From Mustelus asterias (taxonomy: Eukaryota): a stretch of DNA of 64,000 bases. The position numbers were made by a program, and so were the translations under genes. Below the pieces are notes generated by a model that saw only the letters and a program-made list of their open reading frames with translations, was not told where the DNA came from and did no database searches. The stretch covers positions 44,578,001-44,642,000 of the forward strand of contig NC_135803.1 of NCBI RefSeq assembly GCF_964213995.1, given 5' to 3'. Each line of letters begins with the position of its first letter. The first letter of the stretch is position 1. Of this stretch, positions 63,004 to 64,000 are shown piece by piece.

Positions 63004-63232
63004 TGTCATCTGGTGCAGCAGCTGGGACTCGGTCACAACCTGAAGGCTCTGAATTTTGTTATTACCATGTTTGAAATGCTTGCTCCTCAATCAAGTGAAA
63101 CGGTTGAAGTGACGGACACGTCATTTGATGGAGTGCAAGTCAGAGTGTTTGAACCCAAGAAGAAGGTTGATGATGAACTAAAGCGAAGCATTATTTACAT
63201 TCACGGTGGAGGTTGGGCTTTAGGAAGTGCAA
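63004..63232 (+). CDS. NCEH1: NCEH1 exon 2 (HGGG oxyanion motif); gene continues beyond the right edge
   Basis: tttccccag|TGT...GCA A|gtaagt, 229 nt. VTDTSFDGVQVRVFEP...IIYIHGGGWALGSA. Confidence 0.95.
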
Positions 63233-64000
63233 GTAAGTAAACTGCAAAATGAAATGATGTATTTCTTAATCTTCCTGTTAAACACTTGTACAACAAATGT
63301 TTCATTTAGTTTACTGGAGTTTAAAGACAAATAGATAAAGAAGTCTATTTTCGCCAAGTATGCCTTTCTAAAATAAGTCCTGAAGAGAATATTTCCAATT
63401 ATGCACTTCAGAGGAAAGGCTTAACTAATAGCTACTGAGTATATGCATAAGGAGCTATATCACTCTGAGAGCACTCAGAGAGGAGATGAATGTGAGGTAT
63501 CTCGGAGAATACCTCCAACTATGTCTTGTTCTTATTTAACCTAACCATTAGCACATAAATAAACTTTTTGAACAAAAGACCACTACCTCCAGCAAGATCT
63601 CTCCTGGAGTAAGAACCCAAGGGCTCCCAAGTGTTGCTCTCCATAATAGATGGTGGCAGCAGTGACTACACTCACAGAGGAATAGTAGAAAATGATTGGA
63701 AAATCCTCAGATGAAACCCAGAAATAGTGCAGAGCAGCAGGTGAAGGACTTCAAGGCCAACCGAGCAACCACACAAGAGACAACCAAATAATGAGGGCAA
63801 CCCAGTGACTGTAAGATGAGTGGCAGAGAAAATGACAACCTTGAAACAGGCTCGAGAAATGGCTACTACTTTGCCCCTACCAGAATCTAAGGGCCCTAGA
63901 TAGGCTGAACAGTAGCAAAATTGGTGAAGACATTTTACCAGTATCGTGAATAAAGAAAACAAAGATTAAGTCAGCACTTTATCTGCTGTTAGGGCATAGC

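Noticed and set aside
1-64000. Prokaryotic RT systems (retron, DGR, CRISPR-associated RT)
   Set aside because: All RT ORFs are CR1/L2-type with LINE tails in a spliced vertebrate locus; there are no arrays or operons.

Overview
This is eukaryotic genomic DNA, most likely from a shark or other elasmobranch, inferred from its HE1-type V-SINEs, Deu-domain SINEs and CR1 LINE families. It holds parts of three spliced genes. (1) The 5' half of ECT2 on the minus strand: six coding exons from 20543 down to 2391, continuing off the left edge, with a G2/M-type CCAAT/CHR promoter. (2) A complete three-exon THAP-domain gene on the minus strand (37229-33124, 403 aa, with a DHSY HCF-1 motif and a coiled coil). 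(3) Exons 1-2 of NCEH1 on the plus strand, head-to-head with the THAP gene across a ~0.55 kb promoter. The rest is dense, often nested mobile DNA: several CR1 families including one intact ORF2, SINEs, a solo LTR, MITEs and Penelope-like relics. The best leads are minimal hammerhead-ribozyme motifs in three repeat families, often arranged as inverted pairs; a U_UUA_AAC -1 frameshift signal at the CR1 ORF1/ORF2 junction; and the THAP gene lying between ECT2 and NCEH1. Gene and repeat identities come from remembered protein and repeat motifs plus manually checked splice sites; no database search was run.
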